Assembly: GCA_963737905.1 (NCBI GenBank)
Contig: CAVTUQ010000022.1
Location: forward strand, 1-64,000
Length of the DNA stretch: 64,000 nt
Origin: an uncultured delta proteobacterium
GTDB taxonomy: Bacteria > Desulfobacterota > Binatia > UBA9968
Direction: 5' to 3'
The notes beneath the pieces are model-generated. The model did not search any database and had not been told where the DNA came from. It saw only the letters and a list, made by a program, of their open reading frames with translations. Below are positions 31,095-41,560 of this stretch, in pieces (position 1 is the first letter of the stretch; each line of letters opens with the position of its first letter). The position numbers were made by a program, and so were the translations under genes.

Positions 31095-31489
31095 TTAAAA
31101 ACGGACATAAATCTTCCGAGCGCACAAAAAAGAGCCGTGGGAACATCGTCGTCATCCAATCTTGTTCATGAACTAGCGCAACACGCAAACGTTGGCTCCT
31201 CGACGCAAAACATGTTCCAGAGGCGAAGCGTGTTTTTTGGATCTCAATAGTCTGTTCGGCAAAACAGTCGTCTGGATTCAAGTCCTTCTCTAGGTGGCAT
31301 ATTTTCTGCGCCATGGCAAAGACCAGCAATTCACGCGTTGGTGGTTAACTGATAGCTGATCGTCTTCATAGCTACTTGTTGCGCAATTTGTGACACTTCA
31401 TTCAAAGAGCCTGTCACTTTTGTCAAAGAAATCTTGCAAAAATCCGGTTTTGATCTCGTAAGGCTTTGAAAAATATAGTCAGAGGTTAC

Positions 31490-31504
31490 TGGCATAATTA
31501 CTGC
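31490..31504 (+). promoter_or_regulatory. Sigma54 promoter for the flp pilin/tad operon
   Basis: TGGCATAATTACTGC with correct GG-N10-GC spacing; GTGACA/TGTCAC dyads at 31390-31425. Confidence 0.65.
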
Positions 31505-31625
31505 TCTTTCGGCAGGTCAACATGATGACAATTCCTCAAAAAATCGCCTTAGATAGTTGGTTAGACGTCGATCGGGACTCAAGACTTATTAATCGATGGT
31601 CGTAAAGAAAGGGGGTGAAAGAACA

Positions 31626-31823
31626 ATGGAGTTTCTAAAAAGGTTGGTAGTCGAGGAAGAGGGGCAAGGCTTGGTGGAATACACCTTGATCGTCCTTCTC
31701 GTCGCATTGGTTTTCTGGGTTGCCGTTAAAGGTACAAACGCTGATCAGGCGCTGTCAAACACCTGGACCAGCATCGTTGGCTGTCTTAACGCCGGTACTG
31801 CTGCCGGTTGTGGCGGATCATAA
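31626..31823 (+). CDS. flp: Flp (type IVc) pilin
   Basis: EEEG|QGLVEYTLI prepilin motif plus hydrophobic helix; GGGGGTGA RBS; first gene of the tad locus. Confidence 0.93.
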   Translation: MEFLKRLVVEEEGQGLVEYTLIVLLVALVFWVAVKGTNADQALSNTWTSIVGCLNAGTAAGCGGS

Positions 31824-31841
31824 GCATTTGCGTAGTCCGAT

Positions 31842-31877
31842 CTCGGGGGCAAGAAACGGCCGATTCTTGCCCCCGAG
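31842..31877 (+). terminator. Post-pilin stem-loop (mRNA stabiliser or partial terminator)
   Basis: Perfect 14-bp inverted repeat CTCGGGGGCAAGAA/TTCTTGCCCCCGAG, with no U-tract. Confidence 0.65.
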
Positions 31878-31940
31878 GCAGAAGTAAAAGGAATTGTCAG
31901 GGTTTCGGTCAAAAACTGAATGAAGTAATGGCGTCGTAAA

Positions 31941-32489
31941 TTGCTGAGTCCGCTCGACTTCTCGATCTTACTGGTGACTGTCCTTTCGGTCTTCTTCGAC
32001 TTGACGGTGCGAAGGATTCCGAACTGGATTATTGCGTTTGGACTTGCGGGTGGCTTGCTGCTTAACGCGTCCCAAGGTTTTACTCAGTTTTCTCACAGCC
32101 TCCTGGGGTTCATTGGAGGTATAGCCGTTTTTATCGTCCCTTTTGCGTTTGGATGGATGGGTGCGGGAGACGTGAAATATTTTGGCGTGGTCGGTGCGCT
32201 TCTTGGCGTCGAATGGCTTCCACGCGTACTTTTCTACTCGGCAATGATAGCCGGGGTTATTGCTGTCGCTTATACCGCTGTCGGCAGATTCCATTCTGGT
32301 TCTGGATTCTTTAAGGACACGTGGTCCGATTGCAAGCTCGCCATCCTTAGCTTCGGTCGAGTGCTCCCTGACTCTATCGGTAAAAGAACCGCCAAAGGTG
32401 CCGATTCAGTCCCTTGGGGCGTTGCGATTGGGGCCGGAACTTTGGTGGCTTACTATTTTGATCCCACTGGTCGGTGGGCCGGCTTTTAA
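31941..32489 (+). CDS. cpaA: Prepilin peptidase, family A24 (CpaA/TadV)
   Basis: DLTVRRIPN, MGAGDVK, VPWGVAI. Confidence 0.9.
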   Translation: MLSPLDFSILLVTVLSVFFDLTVRRIPNWIIAFGLAGGLLLNASQGFTQFSHSLLGFIGGIAVFIVPFAFGWMGAGDVKYFGVVGALLGVEWLPRVLFYSAMIAGVIAVAYTAVGRFHSGSGFFKDTWSDCKLAILSFGRVLPDSIGKRTAKGADSVPWGVAIGAGTLVAYYFDPTGRWAGF

Positions 32490-32557
32490 CCAATAAACTA
32501 GCTCGGGAGCCGATAAGTAACCGAAATTTCTAAAATCTGCACAGAAGAGGAGCTGTT

Positions 32558-33391
32558 ATGCAAAATAGGCTAAAAATTGCGCTCGTTGTCGCCGTATTCT
32601 TCGGATTGATCGCGGCATACGGGATCTATAACTTTCTTCGTCAGCAGCGGCAGGCCGCCGAGGCCCTGAGGCAAGAAACTCAAAACGTTGTGGTGGCTGC
32701 CAAGGAAATCCCCGCGGGCACGGCCATCAACGACGACATGATCAAGAAAGGCATGGTCAAGGCTGTTCAGTGGCCGAAAGCATCTGTACCCACCGGCTCT
32801 TTCTCTTCACCCGAGCAGCTGGTGGGCAAGACCAATCGGGTAAAGATCATGGCGAATGAACCCATCTCGGAGTCGCGTCTGGCTGGAGAAGGGGCGGGTT
32901 TAACTATTCGGCTGGAGGCGGGTAAGCGGGCGATGGCCCTTAAGGTGGATGAGATCATCGGAGTCAGCGGCTTTATCGTTCCAGATGATCGTGTGGATGT
33001 GATTGTGACTACGACGCCGCCGGGCAAACAGAACCAGGACGACAAGATTTCCAAGATCGTGCTGCAGAACAAGCGAGTGCTCTCTGTGGCACAAAGCGTG
33101 GAGCAGAAAGACGGCAAGCCCCAGGTAGCTCGGTCGATCACGGTTGAGGTGACGCCTGAAGAGTCGGAGAAGCTTTCGCTTGCGACGCAAGAAGGGCAGA
33201 TCGTCCTCGCGTTACGGAGCATAGGGGATGACGCGGATGCAAAGACAGCCGGAAGCAACAAACGGGATCTGCTTGCGGTTGCGGCGCCGGCCCGTAAAGG
33301 CGGAGGGAGTCGCCCTGTAATCGCCCAAGCTCCGGAGAAATATCGGGTGGAAGTGCTTCACGGCAGTGACAGAAAAGTGGTGGAATTCTAA
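32558..33391 (+). CDS. cpaB: Flp pilus assembly protein CpaB/RcpC
   Basis: N-terminal TM, SAF domain (VVVAAKEIPAG), GVSGFIVPDDRVDVIV. Confidence 0.92.
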   Translation: MQNRLKIALVVAVFFGLIAAYGIYNFLRQQRQAAEALRQETQNVVVAAKEIPAGTAINDDMIKKGMVKAVQWPKASVPTGSFSSPEQLVGKTNRVKIMANEPISESRLAGEGAGLTIRLEAGKRAMALKVDEIIGVSGFIVPDDRVDVIVTTTPPGKQNQDDKISKIVLQNKRVLSVAQSVEQKDGKPQVARSITVEVTPEESEKLSLATQEGQIVLALRSIGDDADAKTAGSNKRDLLAVAAPARKGGGSRPVIAQAPEKYRVEVLHGSDRKVVEF

Positions 33392-33409
33392 GTGGGAAGG
33401 GGAGCATTC

Positions 33410-34921
33410 ATGAAAAAGCGCAAGGTTATGTGGACAAGGGTAAGTGGTTTTCTGGCCGCAACGGCTTTGGTTTCGTTCTGCTTGGTTGTCTCTAGCAGCG
33501 GCTCAGCAGGCTACACCAACGATCTCTGTAACAGTCAACAAGTCAATGGTGTTTCGGCTCGCCGAGCGAGCCAAACGAGTCTCCGTCTCGCAACCCGGCG
33601 TTGCGGACGTGGTGGTCGTTGCTCCGAGTCAACTTCTGATCAACGGCAAAGCCGTGGGTACAACATCGCTGATTGTTTTCAATGAAAAGGGAGACGTCGC
33701 CAATTACGATCTTGATAGTTCTCCCCGATGTCGCCGCGCTGCGAGGCCAACTGCGCTTACTGTTCCCCAATGAAAAGGTCGAAGTTCGACGTCAGGGCCC
33801 TCCCTTTTATTAAAGGGCGAAGTCTCCAATGAAGTAGTTTACGACAAAGTCCTGGAAATAGCCCAAACTTATATTCCGCCAAAGCCGCCGAAGGAAGTTG
33901 CACCCTCCACAAGCACGAGTGTCAATGTCAGCAGAACTAGCTCCGTGCGACTTCCCCCAACTGGGACTGCATTTGCGGGCGGAGGGCAGCTAGCCTTCCT
34001 CGAGGAAGAATCGATGACCGATAGCGACAGATGGGGCGACAAGACGAAAGATCGACGGAATTATTGATCTGCTGACGATCAAAGAAGTTCGGCAGATCGA
34101 GCTGGACGTTATCGTTGCGGAAGTTTCGACTCCTCAAGCTGAGAGAGATCGGATTTGATTTCTCGCCAGCAGGCTGGAAACACGACTTCCAATACATTTC
34201 TAGGCACCCAGTCCGGGTTTGTACCACCACTTCCGGCAGTCGCGGGTGCCTCCGGCTTTTTCCGGTATGTCAACGGTTCATATTCTCTGACTACCTTGTA
34301 CCGCATGCTTCAAAACAAAGATGTCACCGAGATACTCGCTCAGCCTCGACTTGTTATGAAGAATGGCCGAGCAGGCGGTTTTTTGGCGGGTGGAGAGTTT
34401 CCAGTAGTCCAAACTCTGTCGGATTCGTTCTCGGTCGAGTTCAAGCCCTTCGGTGTGCGGCTCGATTTTGTTCCGACGCTGAATTGGTCCGATCGGATTG
34501 ATTTGAGAGTTTTTCCTGAAGTGAGTGAAATTGACCAGAGCGGTCTCGGTTCAGGGAGTTCCCGGGTCTCAAGGTGAGGCGAACTGTAAACCGCGTTGAG
34601 ATGGGAGAAGGCGAGAGCCTGGTGATCGCGCGGTCTGCTCGACCGACAGAATTCTCAAAGATCTAACCAAGTTTCCGCTCCTTGGGTGACATACCTATCT
34701 TAGGTACGCTTTTTAGGAGCACGCGCTTTAGAAACCAGGAGACTGAGTTGGTGTTTGTCATCACTCCGCGGATTGTCAAAACGATGAAGCCCGGTGAAAA
34801 ACCGCAGCTTCCTTCGTTGGAAAAGTATGACGACCCGGATATTCGCCAGATTCCGCTTCCCGGAACGTCAGGACAAAGATCGACTGATCGACCAGGGGCC
34901 CCGGGAGCGACCATTCCTTGA
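33410..34921 (+). CDS. cpaC: Tad secretin CpaC/RcpA, heavily frameshifted
   Basis: Fragments: RVSVSQPGVADVVV...GKAVGTTSL, LAQPRLV...FLAGGEFP...FKPFGVRLDF, GDIPILGTLFRS...ETELVFVITP. Confidence 0.85.
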
Positions 34922-34992
34922 AGAGTCATGTGACATCGGTGTTCTGAGCCGCGTACTGGGATCAACGACGTAGGGGAAATGAAACAAGCATC

Positions 34993-36223
34993 ATGAAGCT
35001 GCCCATTTATCTGATCGGTGAAGACAGTCTGGCTCTAGCCTCATTGAGACAACAGCTGGAGAAAGAGCCGGCTTTTTTCATCGAGTCAAGGGTCCAAAAC
35101 TACGCGGATGCTTTTGATCATTTACGCAGCAAGAGCGGGCCGATCGTTGCTGTGATTGACCTCAATCGCGATGAGGAGCGAGCCTTCGCCGTGGCGGCAG
35201 AGATCAAATTCAAACTGTCCAACGTCCGTTTGGTCATGACGTCGCCCGATGACAATCCTCAGACTCTCCTGCGGGCGATGAGATCCGGGGCTGAAGAGTA
35301 TTTGACCCAGCCTTTCAATTGGCCAGAGGTCTTGAAGTCTTTCGATCATATCCGAAAGAAGATAGACGTCCATGTCTCGCCCGGTCGAGGCGTCGAGCGG
35401 GGCAAAATAATTGCGGTCTCGTCAAACAAAGGCGGAGTGGGTTCCACCACCCTCGCAACGAATCTTGCCTCGAATTTGGCAGGTCAAAACAAATCAGTCT
35501 GTCTGGTCGACCTGGTTTTGCAATTTGGCTCGGTGACGAGTTTCTTAAATATCGATGCGTCGTACACCATTTTAGACTTGGCGAAAAATGTCAAACGAAT
35601 TGATCCTCTGCTTCTCGACGGCTCCCTAGTTAAACATAGCTCCGGTGTCAGAGTTCTTGCAGAGCCCTTCTACGCTGAAGATGCCCGAAGAATTACCCCA
35701 TCCGATATCGACGAGATTCTCGATGTGTTGGCTCAATCCTTTGATTTCGTTGTTGTTGATACCGCGAAAGAATTCGATGAGATGCTGGGATTGGTTTTAG
35801 ACAAAGCAGGGACTCGTTCTTTTCGTTACGGAAATGGATGTACCGTCGTTAAAGAGTGCCCATAGAGCGTTCGAGCTGTTCGAACGCATGGGTATTTATG
35901 ACAAAAAGATCCGGCTTATTTTGAATCGCTACGTCAAAAGTAAGCTCATGAGTCTCGAATCCGTCGAAAAGGCCCTTGGCGTTAAGGTGTTTTGGACACT
36001 CCCAAATAATTATCCAACTGCGATTGCGGCTGTCAATCAGGGACTGTCGATTGAAGAGTCCGACCCGCGATCCGACATTGCCGATAGCTATGCGGGGTTG
36101 ATGACTGCTGTGCTGGAAGCTTTCAAGTATTCCGGGCTCGCAACGATGCGAGACGACGAGGACGAAGATAAGAAATCTGGCCTCCTTGGCCGTTGGATTC
36201 CGATGCGAGGGCTACTCAAGTAA
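34993..36223 (+). CDS. cpaE: CpaE/TadZ (REC-like domain + MinD/ParA ATPase), frameshift near 35810
   Basis: RAMRSGAEEYL, SNKGGVGSTT, FVVVDT; continues DVPSLK...LILNRY...AVNQG in the next frame. Confidence 0.88.
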
Positions 36224-36238
36224 GTAAGAGAGGACTCA

Positions 36239-37630
36239 ATGAAAAATCCACCGTTCGAATCCGATAAAGACAAGTGGGAAATTCAAAGGGGCGGCAACTT
36301 CGACGGTCTTAGAACCCCTCTGCGACCCATGCAGGCTGGGAATCCGGACGCGATTCTTCAGGATTTGCGGTTGCGAATTCACCGGCGGTTAATCGACACC
36401 TTGGATCTCACCAAGCTTTCAGCCTTGGAAATGGAAAGTGTCAAGGTCGAGATCAGGCGAATTCTTGAGGATATGGTCATGGCTGAAGCCATTCCTCTTA
36501 GTCGTGCGGATCGGGACCGTTTGGTCTCGGACGTTCAGCATGAGGTATTTGGGTTGGGACCTTTAGAAACCCTAATGAAAGACCCTGAAATCGCCGACAT
36601 TCTGGTCAACACACATAGTCATGTTTTTGTGGAACGATACGGTAAACTTGAGAAGACCGATGTCCGCTTTCGCGACAACGCCCACCTGATGCAGATTATA
36701 GAGCGGATCGTAACCCGAGTGGGGCGACGAGTAGATGAAAGCTCGCCGATGGTCGATGCCCGACTGGCGGATGGGTCGCGCGTAAACGCGATTATCCCGC
36801 CATTGGCACTGGATGGGCCAGTTCTTTCGATTCGCCGATTCGGCACGGACCGTTTGACGATCAACGATCTGGTTCAATTCAACTCGGTGCCCGCAGAAAT
36901 TGCTGAAGTGGCGGCGGCCTGTGTGAAGTCACGCCTAAACATTTTAGTTTCCGGAGGAACCGGGGCTGGAAAAACAACTCTCCTTAACTGTCTGTCGAAC
37001 TACATTCCGGAAAACGAGCGTATCGTAACCATTGAAGACTCCGCGGAACTGAAGCTGCAGCAGGAACACGTAGTGCGGCTGGAGACCCGGCCCCCCAACA
37101 TTGAGGGACAGGGTTCAGTGACGCAGCGGGATTTGGTGCGCAATGCGTTGCGTATGAGACCGGACCGAATCGTCATCGGTGAGGTCAGAGGCGGCGAAGC
37201 GTTGGACATGATGCAGGCGATGAACACTGGACATGACGGCTCGATTAGCACCATTCATGCTAATAGCGCGCGCGACGCGCTATCGCGTCTGGAGACGATG
37301 ATGTTGATGGCCGGTATCCACCTGCCAGAAAGAGCTCTAAGAGAACAAGTTGCCTCAGCCCTGGATGTTATTGTGCAGTTATCGCGCCTCAGCGACGGTA
37401 GCCGAAAGGTCGTCGAGTTTACCGAAGTTAGCGGTATGGAAGGCAGCACGATAACGACACAGACAATTTTCAAGTTCGAGCAACGAGGCGTCGAAAACGG
37501 TAAGGTCTTGGGAGACTTTGTGGCGACGGGAGTGATGCCCTCGTTTATGGATCGGCTGGAGCGGTATGGGTTTAAAATTCCGAATACTCATTTTCTGCCG
37601 CTGTCAATGACAGCGAAAAGAAGGGCGTGA
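36239..37630 (+). CDS. cpaF: Tad pilus assembly ATPase CpaF/TadA
   Basis: [39 protein letters not shown]. Confidence 0.95.
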   Translation: MKNPPFESDKDKWEIQRGGNFDGLRTPLRPMQAGNPDAILQDLRLRIHRRLIDTLDLTKLSALEMESVKVEIRRILEDMVMAEAIPLSRADRDRLVSDVQHEVFGLGPLETLMKDPEIADILVNTHSHVFVERYGKLEKTDVRFRDNAHLMQIIERIVTRVGRRVDESSPMVDARLADGSRVNAIIPPLALDGPVLSIRRFGTDRLTINDLVQFNSVPAEIAEVAAACVKSRLNILVSGGTGAGKTTLLNCLSNYIPENERIVTIEDSAELKLQQEHVVRLETRPPNIEGQGSVTQRDLVRNALRMRPDRIVIGEVRGGEALDMMQAMNTGHDGSISTIHANSARDALSRLETMMLMAGIHLPERALREQVASALDVIVQLSRLSDGSRKVVEFTEVSGMEGSTITTQTIFKFEQRGVENGKVLGDFVATGVMPSFMDRLERYGFKIPNTHFLPLSMTAKRRA

Positions 37631-38604
37631 TGAACCTACTACTGATTGTATTGTTTTCCTTTCTCGCGGCGATGTCGCTTATCATAGTGATGTTCTTCGT
37701 GCCTATGGCGGTGCAAAACTCGCCGCAGGCCAGGATCAAAAGACGGCTCACTACGATCGGCCGTGCCGGATATGCTTCCAGAGCGGACGTACAGAACCTT
37801 TTGAAAAGCTCTCTGTACAGTGACGTTCCGTGGGTCAATGCGCTGCTATCCAGAGTCCAGTTCGCCAAGCATCTCGATTTACTCCTTGAACGGGCCAATG
37901 TTGACATGACATTAGGTCTGTTTATTTTGTGTTCTGTTGTCGCCAGCGGGGTTGCCATTTTTCTTTTTTTGATTGTGGGTCAGCCATTTCCCCTAGCCGT
38001 TGTTGTGGGGTTGATCGCGCTTGTCTGCCCCTACGCCTATCTTAAGTATATTACGTGGAAGCGAATGAGACGTTTTTTGGAACAGATGCCAGATGGCTTG
38101 GACATGATAAGCCAGAGCCTCCAGGCGGGGTTGGGCTTAACCCAGGCAATGGTTTTCGTCGCTAAGGAGATGCCTGATCCTCTCGGCACAGAGTTTTCTG
38201 TTTTCATCGAGGAGGTCAATCTCGGTCTTCCTCTGGCAGACGCATTAAAGAAGCTGGAAGAGCGTATGGCTTTGCCTGAAGTGAGGCTTTTCAATACAGC
38301 CCTTCTAGTCCAGCGGGAAGTCGGCGGAAGCTTAGCTGAATTACTGAACAAGCTGGCTGACATCATTAGAGACCGCTTTCGAATTGAAAGATTGATCAAA
38401 AGCTTGACCGGACAGAACCGAATGAGTGCCTGGACCGTCTGCTCCATTCCGCCATTTCTGGGCGTGTTTATGTTTATTAGGGAGCCTCAGATGATGAATG
38501 AGATGTTAACTGATCCCATGGGTCGAGCAATGCTGGCTGCGGCGCTGGTTTTAGAGATTCTCGGAATAATTGTTTTCCGAAAGCTCATAAAAGTTCACAT
38601 CTAA
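37627..38604 (+). CDS. tadB: Tad platform protein TadB (T2SSF domain)
   Basis: [10 protein letters not shown]...[15 protein letters not shown]; position after cpaF. Confidence 0.92.
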   Translation: MMNLLLIVLFSFLAAMSLIIVMFFVPMAVQNSPQARIKRRLTTIGRAGYASRADVQNLLKSSLYSDVPWVNALLSRVQFAKHLDLLLERANVDMTLGLFILCSVVASGVAIFLFLIVGQPFPLAVVVGLIALVCPYAYLKYITWKRMRRFLEQMPDGLDMISQSLQAGLGLTQAMVFVAKEMPDPLGTEFSVFIEEVNLGLPLADALKKLEERMALPEVRLFNTALLVQREVGGSLAELLNKLADIIRDRFRIERLIKSLTGQNRMSAWTVCSIPPFLGVFMFIREPQMMNEMLTDPMGRAMLAAALVLEILGIIVFRKLIKVHI

Positions 38605-38614
38605 GCGGGGTATT

Positions 38615-39550
38615 ATGGAAGCATTAATCGCCATCGGAATATTCGCCTTGGTTTTTGGGGTTATTTATTTCACGCTGGCATCGAGAGCGCCGGTAGCTGA
38701 AGAAGCTATTCAAAGACGATTGGACAACATCGCCGCTCAGCCCAAGACAGCGGCTCGGCTTCGCTTGTACGACGCCAAGGAAGATACCTTTTGGGAGACT
38801 GTCGCTAACTTCTTTCTGGGTGACAAACGGGAGATACCTGGGGCCTACTCGAAAGTGGGGAGACTCTTGCACCAGGCTGCCTACCGAGGGGAGAGAGCAA
38901 TACGTATTTTTTGGGGCCTTCGTATTTTTCTTGGTCTCGCATTCTCATTTGGCGGATTGGTGCTGGCGTTTTTCTCGAAGGCGTCTACTCAAGATGTCAT
39001 TTTGTTGGGAGGCGTCGGCGGAATCGTCGGCTACATGTTGCCTTATCTGACTGTCCGTCGGAAAGCAAAAATGCGGGTCTTGGAAATGAAGGAAACACTA
39101 CCCGACACCTTGGATCTGATCGTGGTTTGTGTGGAAGCGGGAATGGGTGTGGATGCGGCTTTGAATCGCGTGGGTAAAGAGCAGGCGGACCAGGGGCTGG
39201 CGATGGGCGAGGAGTTGTTGCTCGCAACCCAAGAATTGCAAGCGGGTGCAGTGCGCAAGGAAGCGTTGACTCGTTGTGCCGACAGGATCGGGATCGAAGA
39301 ATTTCGTGGGCTCATCACTTTTCTGACCCAAACCGAAGAGTTGGGGGGCAGCATAGCGCGCTCCCTAAGAGTGTATGCGTCGACGATGCGCGAAAAAAGA
39401 AGCCAGGCGGCGGAGGAAGCAGCGCGCAAAGCGGTGATAAAGCTTATTTTCCCACTGGTCTTTTTTATTCTCCCGGCCATCTTTATCCTCTTATTGGGTC
39501 CGGCTGCTCTGAGTATTATGAAGACATTATCGAGTCCCCTTAAGGGATAG
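38615..39550 (+). CDS. tadC: Tad platform protein TadC
   Basis: LPDTLDLIVVCVEAG, AEEAARK, FPLVFFILPA. Confidence 0.92.
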   Translation: MEALIAIGIFALVFGVIYFTLASRAPVAEEAIQRRLDNIAAQPKTAARLRLYDAKEDTFWETVANFFLGDKREIPGAYSKVGRLLHQAAYRGERAIRIFWGLRIFLGLAFSFGGLVLAFFSKASTQDVILLGGVGGIVGYMLPYLTVRRKAKMRVLEMKETLPDTLDLIVVCVEAGMGVDAALNRVGKEQADQGLAMGEELLLATQELQAGAVRKEALTRCADRIGIEEFRGLITFLTQTEELGGSIARSLRVYASTMREKRSQAAEEAARKAVIKLIFPLVFFILPAIFILLLGPAALSIMKTLSSPLKG

Positions 39551-39552
39551 AG

Positions 39553-39951
39553 ATGCCCGTAACTAATCTTACGAAGAAAACCTGGCTGGCAACCAAGGTT
39601 CGGAAGGCGGATAGCTTTCTCACTCGGCTGGTCGGCCTTCTGAAAAGAACCCACTTAGGTCCGGAAGAGGCCCTTTGGCTGATGCCAAGCAAAGGGATTC
39701 ATACGATCGGAATGAAGTTCCCCATTGATGTCGTTTTTCTGGATAAAGATAATATGGTCCTCGGTATTATCTCTGGCTTAGTCCCCTATCGAGTTACCGG
39801 TGTGCGTCTGAAAGGCCACAGCGTGCTCGAATTGCCGAAAGGTACATTGAAGAAATCACGCACCGAAGTCGGCGACAAGTTGGAAATTTCCCTGGTCGAG
39901 TCCTCCCAGATGGATGATCTCAAAGACAATCGACTCAGTCAGATTGCGTGA
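39553..39951 (+). CDS. DUF192 family protein
   Basis: ADSFLTRLVGLL, IHTIGMKFPIDVVFLD, VLELPKG. Confidence 0.85.
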   Translation: MPVTNLTKKTWLATKVRKADSFLTRLVGLLKRTHLGPEEALWLMPSKGIHTIGMKFPIDVVFLDKDNMVLGIISGLVPYRVTGVRLKGHSVLELPKGTLKKSRTEVGDKLEISLVESSQMDDLKDNRLSQIA

Positions 39952-41548
39952 CTTGGGAGGTCACGTCACTAGCATACGATCGCTTTTGTCGAAAGCGAAT
40001 TCCACGGCAAGAGATAGCCTGTCTGCGAATTCTCCTAGCCTTGCGGTTGCCCGCTACCTAGGGGCTCCAATCCCAGCGTCCCTGGCAAATTCGGAAAAGA
40101 CTCTTCGCCGCCTGCTCATCGTCGTGCTTCTCTACTGTATTCCGGCGTTCAAAGCCATGGTCCCAGTCATCGATCCGGACATCTGGTGGCATCTTCGCAC
40201 CGGCCAATGGATAGTTGATCACGCCCAGGTGCCGGCGACCGATCCGTTTTCTGGCTACGGCGTTGGAAAACCCTGGGTTGCCTATAGCTGGCTGTTTGAG
40301 ATCCTGGTTTACGCTCTATTTACAAAACTTGGTCTAATGGGGATCCTCCTCTTTACGGTCTCGATGTTCTTGCTCATCGTGGCCGTTTTACATGGCGCGC
40401 TGCGGCGGGCGAAGTTGCCTTTCATAGTTGAGGTGCTTTTCGTGGCGGTCGCTGTTGGCGCCATGAGTAGTCTGATTTCTCCCAGATCCTGGCTCTTTTC
40501 GATTCTGTTTTTCACCATGGAGCTTGCCATTTTGTTTCATGTGAGGCGAACGGACAAGATTACCCCAATGCTAGCGCTTCCGCCGCTATTCGTCTTGTGG
40601 GCGAATTTGCACATGCAGTTTGTCTATGGTCTCGCCACTCTTGGACTATTTCTCGTGGAGATTCTTCTGTCGCAGTTGCCGTCCCTCAGCCTGTATGGGC
40701 GTCGTCAGCCTAATGTCTCTCCTGGGCGAGTATCACTTCTATTATTGGCGTGCCTGCTTGCGACTTTGATAACCCCCTATCATTTTCGACTTTATATTCC
40801 GATTTTTGAAGTCATCGGACAGACCGGAGCTTTTCAGTTGGTCTCGGAGCTCCTCCCTTTATCCTTTCGAGCTTTCGCGGACTGGCTGGTCATCGGGCTC
40901 GCGATTGCAGCGGCCTTTGGCCTTGGTTGGCAGAGAGCTTGGCTTCCGTTTCCAACTCTTTTGTTACTAATGGGAACTTTTCTCGCGTTTAGAGCGCGAA
41001 GAGACGTTTGGGTTCTGGCGTTGGCTGCCGTGTTTACTATCAGTGAGTTTGGGAGGTTTGTGAGCAGCGAGCCCTCCTTCGGCTTTACCAAGTTGCGGGC
41101 CATCTGTGTAGTTGTTGCACTGGCGGTGGCGACTTACATGATCGGTCTGCACCGTCAAATCTCGGAACGGCAGTTGGAAAGCGCTGTCGAGCGTGGGTTC
41201 CCTGTCGCGGCGGTGAAGTTTGTTAACGAAAAGAATTACTCTGGGCCGCTCTACAATCACTTCAATTGGGGAGGGTATTTGATCTGGGCTTTACCCAGGT
41301 TGCCCGTTTCAATGGATGGTCGAATGAACTTGCATGGCGATCAACGCATAGAGCGCTCCGTCAACACATGGTCTGGTCTAAAGGGATGGGAATCGGACCC
41401 GGAGCTGATGAAAGCCCGATTGGTCATTGGCGGAGCCGACCAGGCACTTATGAACCTAATGCGTACGGACCCGCGTTTTAAGCTCGTCTATGACGATGGT
41501 GTCGCAGCCATTTTTGTTAGTACGACTGATGCCGTTTCGTCGAATTAA
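39914..41548 (+). CDS. Multi-pass membrane protein, GT-C glycosyltransferase-like
   Basis: Acidic first-loop motif DPDIWWHLRTG, WANLH, more than 10 TM segments, soluble C-terminal domain (WGGYLIW, DGR). Confidence 0.7.
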   Translation: MISKTIDSVRLRDLGGHVTSIRSLLSKANSTARDSLSANSPSLAVARYLGAPIPASLANSEKTLRRLLIVVLLYCIPAFKAMVPVIDPDIWWHLRTGQWIVDHAQVPATDPFSGYGVGKPWVAYSWLFEILVYALFTKLGLMGILLFTVSMFLLIVAVLHGALRRAKLPFIVEVLFVAVAVGAMSSLISPRSWLFSILFFTMELAILFHVRRTDKITPMLALPPLFVLWANLHMQFVYGLATLGLFLVEILLSQLPSLSLYGRRQPNVSPGRVSLLLLACLLATLITPYHFRLYIPIFEVIGQTGAFQLVSELLPLSFRAFADWLVIGLAIAAAFGLGWQRAWLPFPTLLLLMGTFLAFRARRDVWVLALAAVFTISEFGRFVSSEPSFGFTKLRAICVVVALAVATYMIGLHRQISERQLESAVERGFPVAAVKFVNEKNYSGPLYNHFNWGGYLIWALPRLPVSMDGRMNLHGDQRIERSVNTWSGLKGWESDPELMKARLVIGGADQALMNLMRTDPRFKLVYDDGVAAIFVSTTDAVSSN

Positions 41549-41560
41549 GGAATATTTCGC

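Noticed and set aside
31078-31329. Short ORFs between the cyclase and the pilin
   Set aside because: No motifs; the region is better explained as a divergent regulatory region.
35800-35865. Programmed frameshift in cpaE
   Set aside because: No slippery heptamer with a stimulatory structure was evident; it fits the general indel noise.
39043-39654. Long antisense ORFs over tad and other genes
   Set aside because: Shadow frames of well-supported genes with no independent motifs.
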